Assembly: GCA_951406725.2 (NCBI GenBank)
Contig: OX597815.1
Location: 168,888,001-168,952,000 of the forward strand
Direction: 5' to 3'
DNA length: 64,000 nt
From: Octopus vulgaris
Lineage: Eukaryota
Positions 14,701 to 26,829 of the stretch are shown here, piece after piece. The translations under genes and the position numbers were made by a program. The notes under the pieces are model-generated. The model ran no database searches. It was not told where the DNA came from and saw nothing but the letters and a program-made list of their open reading frames with translations. How positions within the stretch are numbered: position 1 is the stretch's first letter; each line of letters opens with the position of its first letter.

Positions 14701-17700
14701 GTCAATTACTCTAAAACAAACAAAAGAAAAACACTGAATAGGTTGTAAATTAACAATGAAAACAGACATAATGGCATTGTAAAGGGTTTCTCTTTTGTCT
14801 TTGCTTTTGTTTTCTTTTGTATATGACTTTATCCCAAACAAGGCTTGATGTCACTGTAGTGTAAGGGGCTGCAAAGTTAGAAAAAAAAAAGCACCTTTCG
14901 AGTGTTGGGCTTCATGAAGGCAAAGTGACTGAGTTCCTTTCGAGCGTTGGGCTTCAGTGAGCCAAAGTGGCTGAGTTCCTTGTGAGTGTTGGGCCTCATG
15001 GAGGCAATGACTGAGACCTTTGACATTATGTCGTGCTTGAGAAGAAGACCCATCAAGCCATGCAAACTCACAGTTGTGGCAGATACTCGTGTTGTGCCAG
15101 TGGCACATAAAAGCATCCATCACACTCTAAGAGTGGTTGGCATTAGGAAGGGCATCCAGCCATAGAAAACCATGCCAAATCAGACTGGAGTCTGGTGCAG
15201 CCTTCCAGCTTCTCAACCACATGATTCTGGGTTCCACTGCATGGCACCTTAGGCAAGTGTCTTCTACTATAGCCTGGAGCCAACCAAAGCCTTGTCAGTG
15301 GATTTGATAGATGGAAACTGAAAGAAGCCCATATATATATATAAATTAACATAGGGTGCGAAAAATTATAGAAATTTTTTCTACCAGTGGCCTAGCATGT
15401 ATACAAAGTCAATAGACATATTTTTCATATAAAAATTAGTGTACGTTTAAAACACAAAAGAGGTGAGCCATAACAGGTCGCCTTACATACTAGAAGGAAC
15501 AGTCAAAAAGTCCAAACCAGAGTTAAGAGCAATTTCGAAGGGAATGAAAAATAAAAACATTTACCATGTTTTACAACCGGACCTTAGGTTTCAAACTTTA
15601 ATTAGCAAATAAACTAATTTGCAGGGCGAAGTTCTCATCAGTGGATACGCCAAACATTAACATATAAATTAGAGACAAAATAACACACCTCATCCTTTTA
15701 TATTATAATTTTTCAAATCCACCATTTGGACTTTTTGACTGTTCCTTCTAGTATGTAAGGCAACCTGTTATGGCTCACCAATTTTGTGTTTTGTGTGTGT
15801 GTACTCTTAGTGTATGGGTTTGTCTCCCCACCAACACGTGACAACAGGTGTTGGTGTGTTTGCATCTCAGTAACTTAGCAGTTTGGCAAATGAGACCAAT
15901 AGAATAAGTACTAGCCTTTACAAAAAAATAATAAGTACATTCCACTAAAATTCTTCAAAGCAGTGCCCCAGCATGACTGCAGTCTAATGAGTGAAACAAG
16001 TAAATGACACACACACACACACATGTAACCTTTCATAAATATTCAGTATATTTTTTTGTAGACAATATTTAAAGAACAAGATAATGATACAAACGCAATA
16101 ACAAAAGAACAACTTACTGGTGCAGTTCGCTAGCCTTCATCACAAAGGTACAAGAAGCCATAACTGCTTCATGTAAACTCTTACTAGTCAAACCTACAAC
16201 ACCAAATCTGTCGTACCACATTGACATACCATATAGATCTCTGAGATGATTCATTATTGATACTCCAACACTAAAATCAGGAGAAAATAAATACGTTTGT
16301 CAGCTAATTTATGAAAAGAAACAATATCACAATGGAGCTTAACATATAACTATGGTAAGCAGTTTATATACTAATCTATCTTTTCTTGAGAAATATCATG
16401 CAGGAAACTATTTTCTGTTACGTCAAATTATATCAAGTTTGTTGAAGCAATGTGATTTGTAAATATTTAAAATCATTACTAGAATAACCATGAAATTTAA
16501 TTACGGAGATGTACTTGCGAGTGACTTGATCAGAGATCGTGTGCTGGAACAAAAACAATTGCAGTGTGGAAGGTGTTTATAAGCCATTTAAGAAACACAC
16601 AAAAACCGTTAGATTCACTTCAACATTTAAATTTAATTTGTCAAAATATTTTCGTCGCTTTCAGACCGCGACCTGTTCACTGACAAAACTTTGTGTGTTT
16701 CTTAAATGGCTTATAAACACCTTCCATGAAATTTAATTTCACAGTAAAAGGATTAAGTTCAGAAAAATGTAAACCTAATGAAGAGAAGTTTTTGGTATTA
16801 TTTGCAATGTTACAACTTTAAACTGTTAAGTAACTATTCTATAAAGTATAAGCTACATAGACAATCATGGATAAGAAGCAATCTAATACACATTTAGAAT
16901 ATAAGAAATGATAACAATATGCGGATTATCATCATTTACTGTCTGTTTTCCATGCTGGCATGGGCTGGAAGTTCAACAAGAGCCAGTAAGCAAGAGGACT
17001 GCATGAAGCCCCAATGTCTGTTTTGGCATGATTTCTATGGCTTGATACCCTTCCTAGTGCCAACCACTTTACAGTGTGTAATGTTTTGTTTTTTATTTGG
17101 GACTGGCACTTGTGAGGTGACCAAGTAACTCACAAGATAAGACCTACAATTGAGAGTGGTGTAGTATTGAGCGGTGGGTATGCCAGATGAAGGGAGGCTA
17201 AAGTATGATAAAGGAACATCTTCAAGTGTCTTGCTTTAGCTAATGTAGTTGGAAAAGAGAGAAAATTATGAAGATATGCCAAGGCATACCCTCAAGAGAC
17301 AGGAAAGTGAATATAAGGAAAGTGATAGAGTGGATTGGACAGGGTGAATGGGTAAGTAAATTTGCAAGAGCATGAAAGGAGAAGAAAAAAATAAAAGATG
17401 TACTGCTTAATAAAATGAAAACAGATAAAAACAAGCAACAGTAAATATATCAGAATTAATAATCCAAAAAGAACTTACTTTTGAAGACGGACTACCAGTT
17501 TTTGTATACTTAGATAAGATGACTCAATAGAAAGACCAAGCTTTTTGAGACCCTGGAAAAGCATCAATATGTCAAAAATATAATATATAAAGGATCAATT
17601 AATGATAAAATATCTTTATAAAATAAGTCTGAGTTTCAAATAATCATCTATCCCAGTAGTTCTCAACCAGGGTTCATATAAGATTTTGTCATTAAAATTT

Positions 17701-18910
17701 ATGTGCAATAAATTGGTTATACTTTTACAATATACAAAATATTTTAACAATTATTTTCATACAATTCCTAATTATATTAAAAAAATATAAGATTTTTTAA
17801 ACATCAAATTATTATGGGGGTCCAAATTATTATGACGGTCTATAGGTCTGAAATGGTTGAGAACCACTGATTTAACCCCTGCTACCAAATTTGAGGCCAT
17901 GTGCTTATTTTAGAAACAATTATTATTTAAAGTTGAAACAATTAATATTATTGTTGTTGAGTTGTTGTATTGTTATAATCAATCATGAATATTGATTTTT
18001 TTTTTTAACAACATAAATACAGATAACAGCTACACTTACTTTATTCCATGTATTGGTACATGATATTGAAATAAGTAAATTAAGACAGTTTATATATTAT
18101 CATCATCTTTAGTAACACAAGTATAACTGAGTAGTTAAGACATTTGCTTAATCACAATATCCTGATTTCAATTCCACTACCTCTTATATGAGGTGATATT
18201 TTTTCTTGTAAGCCATAGACCAAGAAAAGAAGGGAAATTTGACAAGACAGTCAGTCGCCCACTGACACTCGTTGATGCTACATCGAAGAGGCCAGGGAAC
18301 AGAAAAAAGAAGACATGCACCCAACACCAGAGATGAAGACACCTCCAAAAGGAGGGGGGGGAATCATGTCAAAACGGTAGAGGAGTAGGGGCCGAAACCG
18401 GATGTGGTTCCTCCTGATGATGTCTTGAGCTAACTAGATCCTATAAAGGAGCTGTTGTGGTAGCAGTCCACGAAACACGGTTGAAATTCCTCAGAATGAC
18501 AAATCTGAGAGGGCTTTTTGCATTTATAGGTTGAAAGACTTACACAATCCAATCTGATCAAATTTTAAGAAATTCCTTAGTTTAAACACTAGCATCCTTC
18601 ATCCACTTTTCCAAGCGGGCATGAGTTGGATGACTTTACAAGGCAATGCTTTGTATGCTCTTGCTGTTGCCAGCCCTTTTAGTTGGTAACCAATATGCAT
18701 ACAATATGGTTTAAGCTCTAATAGCAAGCTGACAAAATCGTTACCATGCTGAGCAAAATGCTTAGTGGCATTTCATATATCTTTATGTTCTGAGTTCAAA
18801 TTCCACTGAGGTTGACTTACCCTTCACTATTTTGGGGTTGATAAAATAAGTAGCAGTTGAGTACTGGGGTTGATGTAATCGACTTCCCCCCCTCTCCTGA
18901 ACTTATTTAC

Positions 18911-19008
<98 letters not shown>

Positions 19009-22000
19009 TGTGTGTGTGTGTGTGTATGTAACATCTGTACATACTTGTGGGGGGAGGTTTGCATGCACGTGCATGTGTGTATGTGCATTTGTGTGCTTGC
19101 ATGTGTGTTTATGTTCATGTCATCTAATCTTGGCATTGTGTGATAGATGTAAATGAGTGTACCATCATACAAGCAGTGTCATTTCCAATCTTCTATGAAA
19201 ACATCCAGTCATGGGGAAATATTACTTTGATTGAAAACAACTGAGGGTTGGTTACAAGAAGGGTAACTGACTGTAGAAAACCTGTTTCAATTATTTCTGT
19301 CTGACCTACACAAGCATGGAAAAGTTGGCATTAAATGATAATGATGACAACAATAATGACTATGATGATGAAATTGATGGAAAATATTTCTATTTTGATA
19401 TTTTGTCAATAGATTTATCATTGTAAAAGATGCATTCATTTACCTTTTCTGTCAGTTCATGTAGAAGAAATAGACGAAGTTCAGTGCTGCAACATAGAAT
19501 GATTATTTCGTTGATCAAAAACACTTGAGGAACAGAAAGGAGTCTAAAGACACCATCAGAGTAAATAGGACATCAACAAAATGCAGTTTAGTAAATGTAA
19601 TTTACCTTGCTCTGCCCATGAGCAACATTTCAAGAAGATCTGTAGACACAGAGACAGCAGGTCGGGAACTGCCACATTGCTGTAAGGTAAACATTTCAAA
19701 TGTTAAGATGCTAAAACTACAAGAGATAATATAGAAATATATCACTAACACTGTGTAACAAAATTTTAATTTCTTATTTTATCTTTGGTCAGTAAGGGTT
19801 ATTTACTATTTGCTTCTATCTAGAAATAAAAGGAAATTACTATTTTCCCCTTTAACCCTTTTGATACCAACCCGGCTGAAACCGGCTCTGTAGTACAAAT
19901 GTCTCATTTTCATAAGTTTTGAATTAAAATCTTCCACCAGACCTTGGTCACAATTTATGTTCCTAACACTAGCTTAATGATGACTAAGTTATTTTACTAA
20001 ATTCTTTGTTATATTTAAAATAATTGAAAGAAATACAGAGCATCTCAAAATAAATACAGTAACAAAAGGGTTAAACTTTGCTTTTGTGATCTGAACATCA
20101 AAGTTTTTTTTGAAACTGACCTATTTTCCGTTACATTTCATACAGATTCAGCACTGAGTTGCTGAGGCAGAAATATTGTTTAGGTGGCGAGCTGGCAGAA
20201 ACGTCAGCATGCCGGGCGAAATGCTTAGCGGTATTTCATCTGCCGTTACGTTCTGAGTTCAAATTTCACCGAGGTCGACTTTACCTTTCATCCTTTCGGG
20301 ATCGATAAATTAAGTACCAGTTACGCACTGGGGTTGATGTAATCGACTTAATCGCTTTGTCTGTCCTTGTTTGTCCCCTTGTGGGTAATAAAGAAATAAG
20401 AAATATTGTTATAGCAAATATTCTGCTCAATACCATAGATTTGCTTGTCAGTTGCTTGACTTGAACCACTTGAGCATATCTCTTAGTGGCTGATGATATG
20501 TGCATCTCTGATCATGAGCAGGAGTAGTGAGGGAGCATTATAGCCATGTGTTGAGAGGGATTCTTTAGGGTTTGAATAAACATCACAACAAAAGCAAAGT
20601 TTGAAGGAAATATTAGCCATTTTTCATACGTCTCAGGAAAAAGCAAATAGGAAATAATGGTTGCAACTCAAGGACAAAAATCACGTTACACAGTGTAATA
20701 TAACAACTGGAGCAACTATCAACAAAGAATATAGAAATGACTTATATATAAAGAGGAAATTAAATCACTGGAAGATATTGGATTTTTGTTCAATCTTCAT
20801 TGTTCTTCTACAACTCAGTAAATGCTTATGTATTCAATATTAATTTAGTAGCTTTAAAAGAGAGATCTGAAGATAACTAAGATTACACCAGTTCCTAACC
20901 TTTTTCTCTTCAGCAAACTTTAGCAACTTGTCATCCATTTCCATAAGAATATCTTCCCAGGCTTCTGTCATCTGCTGAATTGTGGAGTTCAAGTACTGGA
21001 AAAGTTACCAAACAGCATTGATAAAAGATAGTGTTTCATTCATTCAGAATAATCAAAAACATTTAAGATTTTTTACACTTGTTTCTGAAAGGAAGATCAT
21101 CATTATTTAACATTGCTTTGGAATCATGTGGTTTCAGGTTCAGTTCTACTATATAGTACTTAGGGCAAGTGGCCAACCAAAATGTAGTGAGTGAATCTGG
21201 GAGACAAAAACTGAACAGAAGTCCATCATATATATATATATCAAGTTTGCATCAGCATCACTTTACTGGCACGTGAAAAAACATTCAAGCACAGTCGTTG
21301 CCATATAACAGCACTCACTACACTCTCGGAGTGGTTGACGTTAGGAAGGGCATCCAGCTGTAGAAACTCTGCCAGATCAGATTGGAGCCTGGTGCAGCTA
21401 TCTGGTTCGCCAATTATCAGTCAAATCGTCCAACCCATGCTAGCATGGAAAGCGGATGTTAAACAATGATGATGATGATGATGATGCTTCTCGTTGTGGC
21501 ATGAGTTGGAAGGTTTGAGAGGATCCAATGAGTTGAAAGATCTTGTCTTACTCCAGGGGGAAGAGTATCTTTTTTTCATCACAAATGTAAATAAACCCAA
21601 TCTGTTTCTTAAACGAGGGACATATTGATGACGCACAGAATGCTTTCACCTCAATGGACGGTCAGCGATTGGCAGTTTTGACAGGATTTCTACAGCTGGA
21701 TGCCTTTCTGAACACCAACCACTTCACAGAGGGGCCCAGTTGTGTGCATAAATATTATACTTCTCGAACCTACTTGTCTTTACAGCATATCCTAAATGCC
21801 AACAAATGTCAGCGTCTTATAAATGGTGACAACTTGCTTGGAAACAGGTGGGAGGTTGGCAACAGGAAGAGTATCTACCCATAGAAAATCTGCATGAACA
21901 AATCTGACCTAAGCCATGTAAACATGGAAAAGTAGAGATTAAAATGATGACAAAACAATAATGACATTCCTTCATTATATATTGCTATCATTTAAGTGAC

Positions 22001-25000
22001 AGTTGATGATGGTAACAACATGGTTACCATAATTTTGAAAACTTAACATTTTGCATTAAACAGCTGAAACTTATTTATTCTCCACTGATAGGCTGAAGGG
22101 CAAAAATCAACTTCATCAGAATTTCAACTCTAACAATTGTAAGACTGTTTGTAGCAAAATTATTTCAAAAACACACACACACGTACATCATCATTTAACA
22201 TCCGTTGTCCATGCACGCATGAGCTGGACGGTTTGACTGGGCTGGCATGCTGGAAGGCTGCACCAGACTCCAATCTGATTTGCTATGGTTTCCTACAGCT
22301 AGATGCTCTTTCTAATGCCAACCACTCCGAGAGTGTCCTCGGCTGTCATAGCCCATGTTTCACTGCCATACAACATTGCATTTTTACACACAGGCATCAA
22401 ACAATCTGCCTTTCACTCTGAGAGAGAGGCCCTTTGTTGCCAGCATGAGTAGGAGCTCTCTGAACTTTGCCCAGCCTAATCTTATTCTCATAGCTATTTT
22501 TCATCACAGACAAGTGAATTTTGGAAGAGAGCCCTTGCAAGTCTACCAGAGAGATGGATGGAAGAGCATTGTAGAAAATGAAGGAGAGTATATTTTAGAT
22601 TAAAAAAGATCTTTGCTTATCTTCATCATCATCATTGTTTAACGTCCGTTTTCCATGCTGGCATGGGTTGGACAGTTTGACTGAGGACTGGTGAGCCAGA
22701 GGCTGCACCAGGCTCAACCTGGTCTGGCAAAGTTTCTACAGCTGGATGTTCTTACTAACGCCAACCACTCCAAGAGTGTAGTGGGTGGTTTTTACGTGCC
22801 ATCAGCACGAGGGCCAGCCAGGCGGTTCTGGCAACGACCACATTCATGCTCAAAAGATGTTTTTACGTGCTACCTGCACAGGAGCCAGTCTGGCAGCACT
22901 GGCAACAACCACGCTCGAACGTTGTTTTTCATGTGCTAGTAAGGCAACGCTGGTAACAATCATGCTCAAATGGTGCTTTTCATGTGTCACCAGCACAGGA
23001 GCCAATCCGTGGCCCTAGCAACGATCACACTCAGATGTGCTTTTAACATTCCACTGGCACGAGTGCCAATCAGACAGTACTGTCATTGGCCACATCAGCA
23101 ATTTTGGTTTGTTTACACTTGCCTCAATAGGTCTTTGCAAGCAAAGTTCATTGTCCAATGAATGAGAATTTTGAAAAATAAAAGAAATATAAAAAAAAAA
23201 CGCATTATTTATGGGATGACCCAATATATGGCAAGTTCACTGCTAAGAAATGTACTTACTTCTAAAAGAGAAGATAGTTCTGCATATTTCAGTGCAAGTA
23301 ATCGAAGTTCTTGATGTCTGCTAGCCAGAAGTGTAGTGTCCATCTGAAAAAAAAAATTTTAATTAAATTGAAATTAAAAATAAAAGACTTTTTAAGAAAA
23401 GGAAGAGTAAGTCATGCATAAGGATTAAGTTATGAAACAGTGTTCTTCATTCGTGTCAATGAAGCAATTTCTACAACAGCAAGCAAGAAATGATAGCAAA
23501 ACCTTCTCCACAACAGGCCATGATTATTATCAGTGGTTTTAATTCTAGATTTTTTTAATGAATTACAATATATGAAAATGCTTCTAAATCAACAGGCTCT
23601 ATTTTTCATCACTTCTGATTACCCATCTAAGTATAATCTTCAGCATCCTTGTAATATTGGCCATGTTGTGGCACTGCATTGAGGGAGTTTAATTGACCTA
23701 ATCGACCCCATACTTACTTCCTTTTTAAACCTGGCACTTATTCTATTAGTCTCTTTTGCCAAACCACTAAGTTATGGGGACATAAACACACCAACACCAG
23801 CTGTCAATCAGTGGAGGAGGGGACAAACATTACATTTAAAAAATTTTTTTTAGCAAAGTTGTATTTTATTTACTCCCAGCTACATATTCAAACTGTTATT
23901 TGCTGACCACTGATGACTAACACTCAACTATTTCCTCATTTCACTCACACTTGCTTGCTGTTTTAGATTCACTTTATTGTACTTACTGAGGCTAAGTAAT
24001 ATCCACAGTCACCAGAATCATCTTCAGTAACTTCTAGAATTAACCAGAGTGTATACAGATCTTGAGATATCATAGCAGAGTTCACTCGACTTCTCTGTAA
24101 AAGGAAAATAAGCACAAATTAAAACAACTTAAATTCATTACTGAACAACTAGACTTGATGCAAACATCATCATCATCATCTAATGTCCCTTTTCCATGCT
24201 GACATGGGTTGGATAGTTTGTCCAGGCTCCACATTTTTATTTTCTCCTTTACTTGTTTCAGTCATTTGACTGCGGCCATGCTGGAGCACCGCCATTAATT
24301 GATCAACTCGACCCCCAAGACTTATTCTTTGTAAGCCTAGTACTTACTCTATCGGTCTCTTTTGCCGAACCGCTAAGTGACGGGGACATAAACACACCAG
24401 CATCGGTTGTCAAGCGATGTTGGATGGGACAAACACTGACACACAAACATACATGCACACAAATATATATACATATATACGACAGGCTTCTTTCAGTTTC
24501 CGTCTACCAAATCCACTCACAAGGCTTTGGTCGGCCCGAGGCTATAGTAGAAGACACTTGGCCAAGGTGCCACGCAGTGGGACTGAACCTGGAACCATGT
24601 GGTTGGTAAACAAGCTACTTACCACACAGCCACTCTTGTCTGTTTTGGCATGTTTTCTACAGCTGGATACCCTTCCAGAGTGAGCTGGATGCTTTTTACA
24701 TGCCACTGGCACGGGTGTGTTTTACGTGGCACCAACACAAACATGGAATTAAAACCCTTAAGATCACTATAAATGCCATATCCTACTATCACCACATCTC
24801 TTCAAGTGAATGATATCCTGAACAAAATAAAGATTGTATCACAAAGATTGGCTTCCTCTTCAAAGTCAGAAAATACATCAGCCCCTGACATCAACTAACC
24901 CTCTACAAAAAAAACCCAAGTGAGATACACACAATAGCGTACCACTGCTCTCACATGCAAAATGATGATGCTGCTACACAAAAACAGACATTCTCAACTG

Positions 25001-26798
25001 CATCCACAAGGACCAGTTGACTGATTTTTTAAAAACCACATAAGGCCTCTGCTCCTTGGAGTTGGATGAACACATACCACCTCCACTCACTTGTCTCTTT
25101 GCCTCTTCTTATCACCACCCCACCAAGCTTCCACACCAACAAGTATCTCTAATCCTTTCTCCCCAGTGCATCAGACCCCTGCAATTTCTTCACTAGACAA
25201 GCTTTCTCTGCAATTGTCAGTACACAACTGTTCAAGAAAGTCAGATTGTAAGACTGTAGCAGAATTTCAAAATGTATATGCAGCATAAAGGCGGCGAGCT
25301 GGCAGAGACGTTAGCATACCAGGTGAAATGCTTAGTGGCATTATGTCTGAGTTCAAATTCCACCGAGGTCGACTTTGCCTTCCATCCTTTCAGGGTCAAT
25401 ATAATAAGTACCAGTTATGCACTGGGGTCGATATAATCAACTTAATCCGTTTGTCTGTCCTTGTTTGTCCCTTCTGTGTGTAGCCCCTTGTGGGCAGTAA
25501 AGAAATAAAAAGAAAGTCAGATTTGCTATGGCTGGAATATCAAAGATATTTCAGCCATGACCATGCTGACCTTTTTGGGCATTCTGTATCTATTCCTCCT
25601 TTACCTTCCTAACAATTGGAAAGTGTGACAAGGTACAGGCATGACTGTGTGGTTAAGAAGCTTGCTTCCTCACCCTATGGTCTAGGGTTCAGTCCCACTG
25701 CATGGCAACTTGAGTTATGTGATTTTAATGTGACACATTAAAAGCATGTACCACACATTGTAAAGCAGTAGGTATTAGGAAGGACATCTAGCCATAGGAA
25801 TCAAGCTAAATCAGACTTGAACCTGGTGCAGTTCTCCAGCTTGCCAGCTTTGGTCAAATAGTCCAACCCATGCCAGCATGGAAAACAGACAGTAAAAGAT
25901 GGTGATGATGATGATGATGAAGAAGAAGAATCCATACTTATGTATCATAGCCACAATACCTTGCAACTGATAATACATTGATATCTCATAAATTATCGCC
26001 TACTATATGAATTTAGTTAATTGCATAACCTCAATCATTGAAATTATGCAATTAAGCAGAATGAACTTATACAACATGCAAATACAATTTTTTAAATGAA
26101 AGACAATACCTTGTCCTGAATGCTAGGATGCATTAAGATTATAGATCCACATGGAAATATACCATAAGCAAACAAATAGACATTTCCAACAGCTGAACCA
26201 ACAACGAGTAGATTTAATCTGAAAAAAATAATAAATGGATAAATAAGAAGAAAAAAAAATCAGATATGAAAAAAATTACTAAAAATAAACATACAATTGA
26301 TGGTAAACAAACTATAAATTCTGAGATGGAAACATTTTAAGTAAGGAACATAAAACAAGCAAATTCTATTGAAAACTACTTATTTTGTAACATACATTCA
26401 TACTTTATCTTATTGTGTGGACATTTATAATTGATATGTGTGTGTGTGTGTACAAAATGTGACCGCGTGTGTACCATTGACGATTTTTTTCCTCCGTCTT
26501 CCCTTCTTTGGATCTTTCCTTTTCCTAAGTCTCTGACGAAGAGCTCCGCTCGAAATGTTAAACCCTGCTTCTTTCCTGAGTGTCCAATAATACTATATTT
26601 GTTCCACGTCTTCGCGTTGTTGTGTTTTCCTCTTTGTGTTTTCTTGTTTGGATTATATATATATATTTATATATATGTATATATCATCAAGGATGATGTA
26701 TACATATGTATATATATATATATATATATGTGTGTGTGAGTGTGTATATGTATCTATATATATGTGTGTGTGTGTGTGTATATATGTATCTATATATA

Positions 26799-26829
<31 letters not shown>

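Noticed and set aside
18827-19172. Cys-Val and His-Thr repeat ORFs
   Set aside because: Translations of (GT)n microsatellite.
24253-24683. Recurrent ORFs such as LLSVSVYQIHSQGFG and FLQLDALPNANH suggesting a gene family
   Set aside because: They are translations of SINE consensus sequence, with variable frames and stops among copies.
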